Shown one piece after another: positions 1-12,559 of a stretch of 47,736 bases of DNA. This DNA comes from Chiloscyllium plagiosum (taxonomy: Eukaryota), in NCBI RefSeq assembly GCF_004010195.1, contig NC_057718.1, positions 48,853,859-48,901,594 of the forward strand, read 5' to 3'. Every line of letters begins with the position of its first letter. Position 1 is the first letter of the stretch. The notes under the pieces are model-generated. The model did no database searches. It was not told the DNA's origin and saw nothing but the letters and a program-made list of their open reading frames with translations. Position numbers and translations under genes: made by a program.

Positions 1-710
1 TGTTGTTTATTGTCTTCTGTAACATATGTAAATGGATAGTTAGAAAGGATTAAAGTGACAAAAGTTTTCAGAGCGAGTATACAGAAAAATTGCAATTGAA
101 AATATATTTATGTATTGTTATTTCTGTGTAGAGGAGTAAGAGGCATTTAACTGGGCAGGAGGGTGGTGCGTGAGGATTCCACCACTTACCTTCCTCCACT
201 CTAATTAAATATTTGTCACCAATTGAGGTGACTAACCAGGCAATGAAAAACTACTTGAAGGTCACATCCCATTGCTGTCAGCATTAATCCAGCAGTAGAT
301 AGAGGATTCCCCAGGCAGGGAGCAAATCAAGCCATGTGGTTTACTGTGGGGTCCTGAGGGAGGACAAGATTCCTCATTCAAGGACACAGAATAACTGATG
401 AAGGGATCCCATAATGAGAAGTAGGGAACTTTCATGCCCTTACAGTCAACATACCCCACTCCCTCTCTTGTTTATCTTCCTCTTCCATTACTCATCTCTG
501 ATCTGGGAATACAGTGATGATGACTTATTAGCAGCAGTAGCCCCCACTTGCACAATGATCCAGCTAGTCCTCCATGTTGTTGGCCTCTGATTAGCTGGCA
601 GTTTCAGTGGACAGGATCTGCAACTCTATGATCTCTGATGGGGTGGGCTGGGGAGTGGTAAAGCCCACCTTTGTCCTCTTCCTCTTCAGTACCTGACTGG
701 AACAATGTGT

Positions 711-914
711 GCTGAAACTTTATTGCTGGAACAGCACAGCAGGTCAGGCAGCATCTAGGGAACAGAAGATTCGACGTTTCGGGCACATGCCCTTCTTCAG
801 GCATGTGCCCGAAACGTCGAATCTTCTGTTCCCTAGATGCTGCCTGACCTGCTGTGCTGTTCCAGCAATAAAGTTTCAGCTTTGATCTCCAGCGTCTGCA
901 GACCTCACTTTCTC
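711..914. mobile_element. Penelope-like fold-back mini-element (inverted pLTRs) with hammerhead core
   Basis: Perfect 81-bp inverted arms 711-791/800-880 with 8-nt loop; extra 34-nt tail 881-914; exact 14-bp TSD ctggaacaatgtgt (697-710, 915-928); same pLTR family flanks the GIY-YIG-bearing element at 28626-29975. Confidence 0.9.
773..800 (-). ncRNA. Minimal hammerhead ribozyme core (Penelope pLTR type)
   Basis: Minus strand CTGAAGA-A-GGGCA-TG-TGCCC-GAAA-CGTC; the 5' strand of stem I is lost at the inversion junction. Confidence 0.65.
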
Positions 915-1154
915 CTGGAACAATGTGTAGCAGGCCTTCTCGAAATGTGGTTTTATGGGACTCTCACTGCATCTACAGCTGGATAGCCAAGACACTTGTC
1001 ACCTCCACAAAATGTACATTATATTTATGAAAGGCTAATAGTTTTTTTCTTGTGACTTGCTGGAAGTGTCAGCAAATTGTAAAGTGTAAACCAGAATGGG
1101 GGATCTGGAGTATTAATGAGCAGTGGGGTCAAGATTAATATGGAGACAGAGGAG

Positions 1155-1196
1155 AGACTGATAGTAAGGTGATAGTAAGACTGATAGTAAGGTAAG
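1155..1196 (+). repeat. Short tandem repeat (tgatagtaag x3)
   Basis: agactgatagtaaggtgatagtaagactgatagtaaggtaag. Confidence 0.8.
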
Positions 1197-4100
1197 TTCA
1201 ATCAGCTACAGAAGGAGAATAAAGGGAGAGAAAGTAAGATTGAATTAGGAAAGAAAAGGGAAGAAAGCCAAAAAAGAGAAGCAATTAAGTATTACTAAAA
1301 TGCAACATTGGAAGTTTTAAGATCTCTAAACATAGTTTACAACTTGAAGAATGACACCCCACAATTTAATTTTTTTCAATTTCTGGTTCACAAAGATTGG
1401 TCAGCATTACATTAGCAACAACTGCATTCATGCAACTAATTACCAGACTTAATTTTGGTGCAAATTTAATCAACATATGCAAATTCAGCAAGTTCCTCAG
1501 AAATAATGGGGGAGCTAAGTAAAAGGTATTTCAGTCCAAAGCAAGTGGCAAGACAATATAAAGAGAACAGAGATTAGTTACACATGCTATTATTCTTGAT
1601 CCTGCTAGTTAGATGCATTTCTTTTTACTGATTTGGTCTGGTATTACAATTCTGGCCCAGTTTGTCACCATTTTATGAAGCAATTGGGGAGATAATAGTC
1701 ATCACAACGTTAATGGTTACCATTGCTCTTCCCTTATTGAATGTCTTGTAGGACAGATGGTTTCACAGCGACACAGCTTTGCAGTTGAGCAATCAAACTA
1801 AAATTAAACATCTATCATGTGTATGAGTCCAAATGATCTGTGATTTTTTTTCCTGCAAGTTTATCATCATTTTTTTCTCACTTCTGAAAGCTGGACTGAT
1901 GAACATCTTCAAGTCAGACTTCATGTCCATTAAGTAAGTGGACACATATTGTCTGAGCAAAGACACAAGGAATTCAACTTTCCTCAGGGATTTATCCAGC
2001 AGAAGACAGGAGAAACTCACTGAGAAACTGTGGATACAGAAATTCAGAACCTATTTCACCAAATAATGCAGTATTTTTTAGCAACATCGTAGATGATCCC
2101 AGTGTTGATGCATTTAGACTTTGGAAAGAAAATGTGGACTACTTAGCCTTTTCTAGGCAGGTACCTTCATCTGTTTCCTCATCATGAAAATAAGAACACC
2201 ATTCACCTCTGCCATCTATGTTGTCAACACCCATCACAGGCTGAAGTGAGCTACTTCCACATAGATCAGCAAGGTATGCCCTCATTTTCAGACCTGAAGT
2301 GGGATTTTCCCAGATTCCTGGATGTAGTTGAGTTGCCTTGAAGCACCCTCTAGCAACAGGCAAGAGAGCCAGCACTGCAGGCAGTCTGAGAGGCCTCGTC
2401 TGCCTTAAAGAAAACCAGGAAGTGCTGGAGAAACTCAGCAGTCCTGCTTGAGTGTGCACCGTGTTTATGTATTTTTGTTTGAAAAGTTGAAAATGTGCAT
2501 TTCCATTTTGCAGCACCTTCTCCTCTCACTGGCTGCAAGGAATCTTCTTGGTGCTTTCAATCTGGAAGGCCTTTGATTGGCCCATCAGCTATGAGTGCCT
2601 ATTCTCCTTAATACCTACCTTCTTAACATTAATTGGTATTTCAGGGAAAATGACATTGAATGACTGTTTCCTACACAGTGTGGGCCTCATTAAAACCATC
2701 ACAATGGGATTTTAGCCGGCAAAGAACATCCTGCCCATGGTATAGGATGCTGTTGGTCTACATAGCTCACTATAGGCCCTTGTATTAGCTGAGTGGATAA
2801 CTCTATCCAATCTTCAGAAAGTTGAACTGTAGCCCAACATGAGACAGTGACTTCAAAATAGGAAAGGAAGATAAATTAAAATAAATAAGAGTCTATATTA
2901 TAAACAGTAATAGATACCAGGAACAGATCTCCAAGCTTTGGTCTAATTTTAGGGATTAGCTGATGGTTATAAATCACTCAAAATTTTCTTTGTTGGCCAA
3001 TGATATCATCTGAACCTCCTTGATTAGAGTTTTGCCTGTAATTACTCCCAGGTGTTAATCACAACATGAAAGTATATATCTATCAAAAGAAGGATACAAA
3101 CGTTTTCAGAGACTGATTTCATTACAAATACAATTTTTAAAGATTTGGAAATAGAATGGCAATCTTTTCAAATACCTAAATAAACAGTTACATTTTGAAA
3201 ATTCCTCTAATGATTATAGCCAATACAACCATGCTTCTGAAACAAGATAATTGTGCACTACTTATTAATCAGTCCATTACAAATAGAATTCTTACTGACC
3301 TTTGACTTATTCATATGAAGTATAACCATAAGAATAATGAGTTTGTAAACTCAGCTTGGCAATTATATCGATTAAATAATGAAACAGATCAGTCGTTACC
3401 TAAAGCTTACACATACCAATTTGAGCTGTATTTGGCAAATGGCCACACTGACAAATTGAACCGGATTCACGTTGCCATGGCCACCATGCCTGTGGGATAA
3501 TTAGCTCATTCTTCTGAAGTTTGTTGATGAAAATATGCAGGAGTTTAGCATATCCCACCTCAGCTGTGGGTGGTGACTGAAGCACCAGGTGTCACATATA
3601 GATACGAGGGGGTTGGGAGGAGTTGTAAGGAGTGTGGGAAGTGAGGAAGCAGTAATGTTGCAGTAAACATGGATTCTGATGACAGATGTTACTTTATTAG
3701 ACAGCTCTGCTGCAGTCAGTGATATGCCAAAAAAAAGATTGACACAAGATGAGCACCAAAGACAGAATTTTGTGGTATGTGGCTTGCAAAAACTCTCTTT
3801 CAAAAAATGGCTCCCCATGGACATTATTTTACAGGACTCAAAGTGCAAGTGAGGAATGCTGGAGATCAAAGAAACAACATTTAAACAAAATCCTACTCAC
3901 AGAATGTAACACCATATGCTTTTATGGGGAGCCAAAATGTTTACTCATAAATATGATTTTGTTTAAATTGTAACGTCCAAAAATTTACTAGTTTATGATT
4001 TTCCGCTCTTTAAGTATGTGACAATTCAAAGTATTATTCACTTGAAATTCTGTGGAATTAAAAGCTATAATTTATCATTGACCCAGATTTTACAATGTTG

Positions 4101-4949
4101 TTACAGTGAAACTGTTATTGTTCCGTTGAAACTGACAGCAACTTCAAGAGGACATGCAAATGCAAAATAACACAGAAATCCAGAGGATGTTGTGAATGAT
4201 CGTATACTCCTCCAGAGGATGCAATGATGAGGTCCATCTCTGCATTCCACCCCCTCCCCCCCCACCATTTCCCCCCAGTTCAATAAGCAATTTGTGAATT
4301 GATGAAGACTTCTACTTTGCAATATCAGTCTAACTACAAAAAAAGGTTTGCTAAATTACATCTTGCTGAATAACATTAACTGGGTTTTTAACAGTGTTCA
4401 TGTTTCATAACTACTCTGAAATATTGACTTTGAAAAGCTATTGCTTATTTGTGTCTCCAATGATACACATTCTGCATTTTTTCAATAATGTTCATTTTAA
4501 GAGTGTTTATAGCTTATATCTAAATCCAGTCATAAACATGCATTTTTCTGTCTGAAGTTTAAGTTACTCGTGAAGGATAATAAGTGCTTTTAATAATTCC
4601 TGGTTTGCTCTTTGTGACAATGCATCAATGTGATTGGTTGATTATCATGTTTGCTGGTATCAGAGATTACCCTGATGTGGTGCAAGACTTAAATTGTCAT
4701 CAGGAAAAAGGAGAACAAGGTCACAGAGATTAATAGATTTTTGTTGTGCTCGGTGCTGAGTGCTCTTGCTTTATCATGGATTACAAAATTAAGTCCATCA
4801 ACATTTTCAATAGTTTTCAAATTATGGCATTAATGTATGAAAAGTTGGATGTATAACGTTATTTCTAATTTTACTGTGCATTACCTGATTCAATTGGTTC
4901 TTTAAAACCTGGTGTGCTTCCATTATTTGTTTTCAATTTATATATTCGC

Positions 4950-5015
4950 ATGATGTGTGTGTCACTGACCAAGCCAGCATTTATTTTCCATCCCTAAACA
5001 CCCTTAAGAAGGTAG
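4950..5015 (-). mobile_element. L2/CR1-type LINE or SINE 3' tail remnant
   Basis: Reverse complement matches the gggatgggcaataaatgctgg tail at 20785-20900. Confidence 0.55.
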
Positions 5016-5502
5016 CAATAGTGCAAGTCCATTATGAACCAGCTCCTACAGCTATTTGAATATTGGCAGACATTAAGTCACATGAAAAGCTTGTTGCATT
5101 TTAACATCTTCTCAACAAAATATCCCAGGTGTTATTTCATGTTAATATCCTATGCAGACAAGCAGGCTAGCCTCCAGCCTTGTGCGGTTCCATCTACACT
5201 GCTAAAAAGATGACATTATTCATCCTCTAATGCGCATTGTCACTTCTAGGTTGGGAATCACGCCATGACAGAATGACATCACTGCTTTATTGGTGGTATA
5301 ACTGTGCGGCACAATGAGAGTGTAATAAAATAGTCACCCTATGACGTAATAATGTCACTGCAGTACTGGCAAGTTTACTGCACATGTGCATTTTGCATGA
5401 GCTCAATGAAACCTTCCCAGTAGGTGTCAGCGTAGGTGTCAGCAGACACAACTGGAAAGAAAAAGAAGGTAAATACAAACAAAAAGAAGACCGAAAGCTG
5501 CA

Positions 5503-5609
5503 AATCAGAAACAAAAACAGTAATTGCTGGAAAACCTCAGTAGGTCTGGCAGCATCTGTGAAGAGAAATCAGAGATATCTTTTCGGTTCCACAGACCCTT
5601 CATCAGAAC
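5503..5609 (-). mobile_element. Penelope-like pLTR fragment with decayed hammerhead core
   Basis: Minus strand gtt-CTGATGA-A-GGGTC-tgtg-GAACC-GAAA followed by ...gatgctgccagacct...ttttccagcaatt; same family as 20499-20590. Confidence 0.7.
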
Positions 5610-6263
5610 CAGATGGGCCAATGGGCTGAGAAGTGGCAGATGGAGTTTAATTCAGATAAATGCGAGGCACTGCATTTTGGGAAAGCAAATCTTAGCAGGA
5701 CTTATACACTTAATGGTAAGGTCCTAGGGAGTGTTGCTGAACAAAGAGACCTTGGAGTGCAGGTTCATAGCTCCTTGAAAGTGGAGTCGTAGGNNNNNNN
5801 NNNNNNNNNNNNNNNNNNNNNNNNNNNNNNNNNNNNNNNNNNNNNNNNNNNNNNNNNNNNNNNNNNNNNNNNNNNNNNNNNNNNNNNNNNNNNNNNNNNN
5901 NNNNNNNNNNNNNNNNNNNNNNNNNNNNNNNNNNNNNNNNNNNNNNNNNNNNNNNNNNNNNNNNNNNNNNNNNNNNNNNNNNNNNTTTAGGGTGAGAGCG
6001 GAAAGATATCAAAGAGACCTAAGGGGCAACGTTTTCATGCAGAGGATGGTACGTGTATGGAATGAGCTGCCAGAGGATGTGGTGGAGGCTGGTACAATTG
6101 CAACATTTAAGAGGCATTTGGATGGGTATATGAATAGGAAGGGTTTGGAGGGATATGGGCTGGGTGCTGGCAGGGGGGACTAGATTTGATTGGGATATCT
6201 GATCGGCATGGACGGGTTGGACCGAAGGGTCTGTTTCCATGGCTGTACACCTCTATGACTCTA
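5610..6263 (+). mobile_element. CR1/HER1-type LINE 3' fragment spanning the assembly gap
   Basis: ORF2 C-terminus (WAEKWQMEFNSDKCE...; RVWNELPEDVVEAGTIATFKRHLD) and 3' tail ctctatgactcta. Confidence 0.92.
5794..5985. other. Assembly gap (192 N)
   Basis: Run of N. Confidence 1.
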
Positions 6264-7839
6264 AAAAGAAGGAGCCTGACTCTGAACTTCATTTTGTTTC
6301 AAAGTAGTTTGCCCATTTCCTGTTAGGTCTTAAAAGTAGCGTCCATTTTCTGTAAATCCAGGAGCATGATTATGAGATTTGGAAGATACAATAAACCAAA
6401 GGAGCCCTGTGTCAGCATAGAAGGTATAAGGAGCAATTGAGGGTGTGTGGAGGAAGATTGGTTGTCATAGGTTGGCATGGATAGAGCACGGGGAGTCAGT
6501 GTGATGTGATGGTGCATGTGAGGGGTGGGGGCTGGAGGACCTAATATTTAAAAAAAAGAGCGGGGACAAAAAAAAACTAAGGCAGGCCTTTCAAACAGTC
6601 TGCCTTGGCAATATAGTGATCCCTGGAGGCAGCTTTGATCTGTGGGCCTGACTCCAAACTTCATAGACCCACCAATGCTTCCTGTCTTTTAGGTGAATTT
6701 CTCCAGAGGCTGATAGAGTGAACCAGGAGATTTCCCAACTTGCGCTATCTTACTTCGGAGTGAAATGCTGGGCCATTGTTATGTCAGTATATTCACACTG
6801 ATTTCTGTGTGTGAAAGGAAGGGAAATCCAGAATTGATTTGTAATCAAGGAAATATCATATTACCACAAAAGGTAAGATAACATTGGTACGAATATTCAT
6901 TGTGAATACAATCTATAAGAAATGAACAATTCTTTCAGCAGAGCATTGTCCAATAATTTAATTGTCTCCCTGTGCCTTAGAAGAGCCAACTATTTCCCTC
7001 CCATGAGAGAGAAAGTAATTTCAAGAATCTAAGGAGGGAAACTTCCTTCAGTATTAATTTTGCTATCTTCAAATTTCCTTCAAATTCTGCTGGAAAATTA
7101 TGTTCTGTCACAATGGCATCTACTTGTGAGATATCTGTGAGACCGATCAATTTCATCTGGTCTGGCAATAAAATGTGACAATTTAATGTGCCTTGGCATG
7201 GAAAAGTAATAACAAAAAAGGACGTGAGACCCAGTAAATTTTGTTGAATGATCCAAAGGTTTCCACACACTGAAGAAGAAGTTTCCAAGTCTCAGTTCAC
7301 TATTTTGACTGATGCGTTTGGATTAAAGAGAAATAAAAATGCTTATGGGTTTAATCGATGATTTTCATCACGGGATTCTTTCTTGGTTTCATCTCTGTGG
7401 TCAAACCACATAATTAGAAATCATGGATTGTTTGAGCACATTGTGGTCTGTTAAGCTTTTGCTTGCAGATCTTTAGAATATTATGCTTGCCTTGTCAGCG
7501 AAGTAATGATGGAAGATAAAGCTTGATCAAATGCTTCAAAATGCTGAAGAAGTTATCATACCAGTTCCATTGACAGCACTAAATATTGTCCACTAAGGTT
7601 AAAAAAAAAGCTGACTGGATTTTTTGTTTCTCAAACCTGAGTCTTCGAAAGTTTCCAATATAATTTGAAAATAGATTTGCTTTGTGAGATATGTTGGTAT
7701 TATGAGATTGGAAAGGTGTCCTTGGATTTGTTTTTGCATTGAAACCGAAGCAGGTACAAATGTCTTTCCTGGTCTGCTATACAGACGTGACCTCTGCCCT
7801 AAGGCACTCACTGCAGATATCCATCTCACAGACAGTCCA

Positions 7840-9560
7840 AAAAGGACACTGTGCAAACTAAACTGTTGTCCTGTGACTTCATAACATAATGTCAAAGTGG
7901 AGCTGAGATTGAGTGTTGATGAGCTATCTAGAAGCACAGCTACTAAAAGAGGAACACGAACATTCAGAGCAGCTGAGAGGTGGTAAAAATTATATGGGAA
8001 AAAAAAAGAAGCAGACCACAGCTGAAAGGCAGGCAAAGCAAAATGGCTGCAAACTTTTCTCACCTGTTCCTGAAAGCAAAAGGTGATTTGTAACAGAACT
8101 GAATGTTTTTCCACTCACAATGGCAAAATGTGCAACAGATTAATTAAACAAATTATAGTAGCTTCAAGAAGTTATGCTTTTATCATTGTTGGGGAAAGAC
8201 TGTTACGAAATATGCTCCACGTTAAATCTCTCAGAAGAACAACAAAAAAGAACATGAAGCATAAAATTTGAAAGCTTTGAAAGTAGACAATGAATGCTGA
8301 GAGAATGTAACTTATGATTATTAGAGTTCAAGATGAAAACCAATTTATTGATAGATATGTGACTGCATTAACACAGCTCACAGAATTCTGTGAATTCTGG
8401 CAATGAAAAGATGATTTTATCAAAGATAGAATTATCTTAGATATGAAAGGTCCGACTATGGGGTGACCAGGAAAAGATGTAAAAGGGACCTCAGGGGCAA
8501 CCTTTTCAAGCAGACGGTGGTGCGTATGTGGAATGAGCTGCCAGAGGAAGTGGTGGAGGCTGGTACAAATACAACATTTAAAAGGCATCTGGATGGGACT
8601 GTGAATAGGAAGGGTTTAGAGGGATACAGGCCAAATGTTGGCAAATGGGACTAGATTGGGTTAGGTTATCTGGTCGGCATGGACGAATTGGACCAAAGGG
8701 TCTGTTTCCGTGCTATACTTCTCTATGACTCTGTGACTCTATAACATCTGTTAAGAGAAAAGACTCATACTCTTAGCAAAATTATAAGTGTGCTGACATT
8801 CTGAGTATGTAAATCAACAGCAACTGTACATACTTAGGAGCACAAGTGATCTTCTTCACAATTCCTCACTATTTTAATCAGGAGCTCAGAACTGTCTACA
8901 ATATTGAAAGCAGCCTAGAGCTTTAAAGCTCAACAATGTGGGGAAAAGGAACACATATCCACAGAAAGGGCAACAGAACTATCAAAGCTGAAGGATAAGT
9001 TACAACTATTGAAGAGGTCATTACATAAAAAAAACCTGAAGTATTCCAGTTTGGGGAAAACCGTATCTTAACTGCAAGAAACCAAACTATTTTACACACA
9101 AGCATTTAGCTATGAAGAAGCCAAACAAGTGTATCAGGTAGTGACATTGCTATAGAAATGTTGAACAATGATCCTGACAAGTCAAGCGTGGGCCATAGGG
9201 AGCTAACAGATGAAGTTCTGAATGATTAGATCTATATCTCAAAGCAGGTTGACAATATCAAATGTTAAGGACAATGATGTTTGTAATTATTGTGATAAAA
9301 ACAGTGGAAGGAGAGCATAAAATGAATATGAAATGCTAGAAGAACACTGGTGCATCCTGCAACATTATGCCCTCCATGACTCTGTGTAACATTACACCAG
9401 ATGGCAATCCAAAAATGAAATCCTCAAAGGGAAAGTCGAGACAGAATTGCGTTCACCCTGAGATGGCAAACGAGTCTGAGAGCCCAATGCAATGACAAGA
9501 CTGTCAATCTAGAATTCTAGATGTTAGACATGAATCCAAAACCACTTGCAGAAGAAGTCA
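7840..9560 (+). mobile_element. Decayed Ty3/Gypsy LTR retrotransposon: possible LTR end/PBS, gag and protease
   Basis: ATG at 8043 (MAANF...KGDL); LLSLLGKDCYEICSTLNLSEE; IDRYVTALTQLTEFCEF..KDDFIKDRII; decayed zinc knuckle PVWGKPYLNCKKPNYF (9046-9093); protease-like NTGASCNIMP at 9343; PBS-like taatgtcaaagtgg after ...aaca (7886); many stops and frameshifts. Confidence 0.75.
8460..8742 (+). mobile_element. CR1 LINE 3' end inserted in Gypsy gag
   Basis: RDLRGNLFKQTVVRMWNELPEEVVEAG and tail ctctatgactctgtgactctat; gag-like frame resumes after it (HLLREKTHTLSKII). Confidence 0.9.
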
Positions 9561-9761
9561 AACTTAAGTAAACAAATGTGCCAGATGAGTTTTACTGTAT
9601 TTCACAGGCCCCATTTACAGACATACAAACAGCATAAAACAGAGAAGGTCCATGAATGCAACTAAATAAAGAAGTGTTAAAGGCAACAGAGTAAATCAGC
9701 AGACCCAGCTGAGAAGATTTTGGAACAGAATCAAAGAGCACATCATTCTATCTTGTAGATA

Positions 9762-10185
9762 GGGTGTTCGAGGTCAACATCAGATCCGACACCAAGATCA
9801 TGGTTTACAGAGCTGTGGTAGTTCCTGCCTTAGCAAGCCCCAGGTGGACAGAGAAAAGGCTTCAGGGGTACCTTCAAGGCCCCACTGGTGAAATGCAGCA
9901 TTCCCACTGACACCTGTGAATCACTGCCCCAAGACCATTCAAAGTGGAGGAGGAGCATCCGGAAAAGCTTCCAGCATTTGAGACTTGCTGTCAGGAAGTT
10001 GCAGAGGTCAGGTGAAAACAGTGAAAGGAGCACACTCCCACACCAATGCCCCACCCACCCCTTCTGTGACAACCTTCTGTCCCATGTGTAATAGAAGCCA
10101 CGTCAGTCTGTAAAGCCACTTATGGGTTAACTGTGAGAGTGGAAGAAAATTATCCTTATCTGCAAGGGATTGCCAATGATGAGGT
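9762..10185 (+). mobile_element. RTE-clade LINE fragment, internally deleted
   Basis: TKIMVYRAVVVPAL joined to PGGQRK.FRGTFKA..KCSIPTDTCESLPQDHSKWRRSIR, typical of the RTE ORF C-terminus. Confidence 0.75.
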
Positions 10186-10624
10186 ACTCAATGGAAGCAT
10201 CAGTCTTACAGCCAGTTAAGCTAGACTGTTCTTCGATAGTTGTATTAGCTTAATAACATTGGTACATATTTGTGGAGTTTTGCATACGTATTCTTTGCTA
10301 GTAATAATTTTTAATTTACTCAGAACTATTGCATAACATTATGTTAGTTGTAAATTATTAAACTGCATATATATGGTAGTTAGAAGTCAATTCAAAAAAG
10401 AGGTTGCATGAATTTTGTCTTTCTGTCCATTATTTTTTCTTTCATTCTACACATGTAAGATCAAAACGAGTTCCATTGTGATAGAGTCTCTTACTTCATA
10501 GCTGCTACTTCTATATCAACTATGTAGAACCAGAATTTTAAAAGACATTTGAAAATAATATTAAAAGTTGTGTTAATTTATGAGCTGTGAAATGATTATT
10601 GGCATAATTGGTAATACAATCTGA

Positions 10625-11328
10625 CCAAAGAGACCTTGGAGTGCAGGTTCATAGTTCCTTGAAAGTGGAGTCTCAGGTAGATAAGATAGTGAAGATGATG
10701 TTTGGTATGCTTTCCTTTATTGGTCAGAGTACAGAAGTTGGGAGGTGATGTTGTGGCTATACAGGAATTGGTTGGGCCACTTTTGGGATATTGCATGCAA
10801 ATCTAGTCTCCTTCCTATCGGTAGGATGTTGTGAAACTTAAAAGGGTTCAGAAAAGATTTACAAGGATATTGCCAGGGTTGGAGGATTTCAGCTATAAGA
10901 AGAGGTTGAATAAGCTAGAGCTGATTTCCCTGGAGCGTCGAAGGCTGATGGGTGACTTAATAGAGGTTTATAAAATCATGAGGGGCATGGATAGAATATA
11001 TAGACAAAGTCACTTCCCTGGGGTTGGGGAGTCCAGAACTAGAGGGCATAGGTTTCGGGTGAGAGTGGAAAGATTTCAATGAGACCTAAGAGGCATCTTT
11101 TTCAAGCAGAGGGTGGTACGTGTATGGAATGAGCTGCCAGAGGAAGTGGTGGAGGCTGGTATGATTGCAACATTTAAAAGTTATCTGGATGGGTATATGA
11201 ATAGGAAAGGTTTGGAGGGATATGGACCAGGTGCTGGAAGGTGGACTAGATTGGGTTGGGATACCTGGTCGGCATGGATGAGTTGGACTAAAGGGTCTGC
11301 TTCCATGCTGTACATCTCTATGACTCTA
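10625..11328 (+). mobile_element. CR1 LINE 3' fragment
   Basis: KLKRVQKRFTRILPGLEDFSY...LERRRLMGDLIEVYKIMRG; tail ctctatgactcta. Confidence 0.93.
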
Positions 11329-11469
11329 ATTAAAAAGTGTAGATCATTATAGTTTTTTGTGGCTTGTTGCCATTCACTTGTGCTTAAAGATACAGCATCT
11401 CCTTGCAGGTTTCAACAAATAAGTTCATTTCCCGAAAGCTCGATATTTCAAGTCTCTGTTCACATTAAT

Positions 11470-11580
11470 TAGAGTTAGATTTTATTGTCACACGTACTCA
11501 AGTATGGGGTACAGGAAGTCCAGTGAAAAGTGTGCAATGTCACCATTCCTAGTGCCCATCTTAAGTACAAGGGTTACCAA
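11470..11580 (-). mobile_element. LINE 3' tail remnant (Rex1/L2-like)
   Basis: Minus strand ...ttttcactg...cttgagtacgtgtgacaataaaatctaactctaa. Confidence 0.4.
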
Positions 11581-12559
11581 GGCACTAAATCTTAGGCACA
11601 AAGTAGAAAAGTCAGCAAATGTAGTTAAAAGTTCAACTTTAAAGTCGTTCTTAGCATAATGTAGACGATTAAGAATTTCAAATTTGGAAGCATACCTTAA
11701 TAATATGCATTCTTGGGCAGCAGTTGTATTAGCTTATTAGTGTTTGTTTCTATTTGTGGGCAATTTGCATGGACATTGTGAAAGTTGTAGAGAAATTCGT
11801 GTGTCTCTATGGAGTCTGAATGCAGCCATTTAACATTGCTCTTCTCTTTTGGGAGTCTGAATCAATCCCACACAGAATAAGAAATTGTAGCCTTATGGCT
11901 GTTGTCATGGTGCAAAACCTCTTTCAGAATCCGTATTAATTTAACTGTCCCAGATATGAACATATCGTTCACAGACACCATACTGATTGACAGTTGAGTT
12001 TGAGCGAGAGAATAGATGAGTCTCCTGGGTGTTATTTCTGGGGTTGGGCTTGAGATAGAATGTCACGTTGACATAGGGAACTCAATGTTTCATTTGGCTC
12101 ATTGATATAACCTTGACCTAGAAGTCTTTGATGTTGGAACAGTATGAACAGCAGAGCAAATCTACTATTGCTCCAGAACTGTCACTCTTCACTTTGATGA
12201 TCAAACATAAAAGTGTATAAATTACACAGCATATGCAGCAGTTACTAAATGGTGGAGACTCATAGCTACAGCCTACAATATTTAATGTAATATGTATTAG
12301 GTTGACATTGAGTAATGTCTCATTGATATAATTATGTTGCTCTACCAGGAAGATGTTACTGTGCTTCGGTCCAATTTGAGTCCATGAGCATGTTTACTTT
12401 AGATTTATTAGAGATTGCTATGTTTTTAAAATGAATTTCCTGCCAGATTAAAGAAGGAAAAATCACGAAGAAAAGTCAAGGCTGTGGCCAAACAGGTGGA
12501 AAGGCTATTATTATTTTAGTTTCTTTTCAACTGAGCGACTGAGTTAACAAAAACACTGC

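Noticed and set aside
130..660. Old shark palindromic MITE-like remnants (also ~2270-2735, 33050-33280, 40720-41100)
   Set aside because: Faint resemblance only; termini and TSDs could not be defined by eye
1891..1939. Possible 43-nt exon ending in gtaagt (GLMNIFKSDFMSI)
   Set aside because: Splice-like signals only; peptide unrecognised and no partner exon found
3701..3780. Possible 74-nt exon (DSSAAVSDMPKKRLTQDEHQRQNFV)
   Set aside because: Weak acceptor and no recognisable homology; expected by chance
7599..8114. 171-aa minus-strand ORF
   Set aside because: No recognisable domain; antisense to the Gypsy leader/gag start
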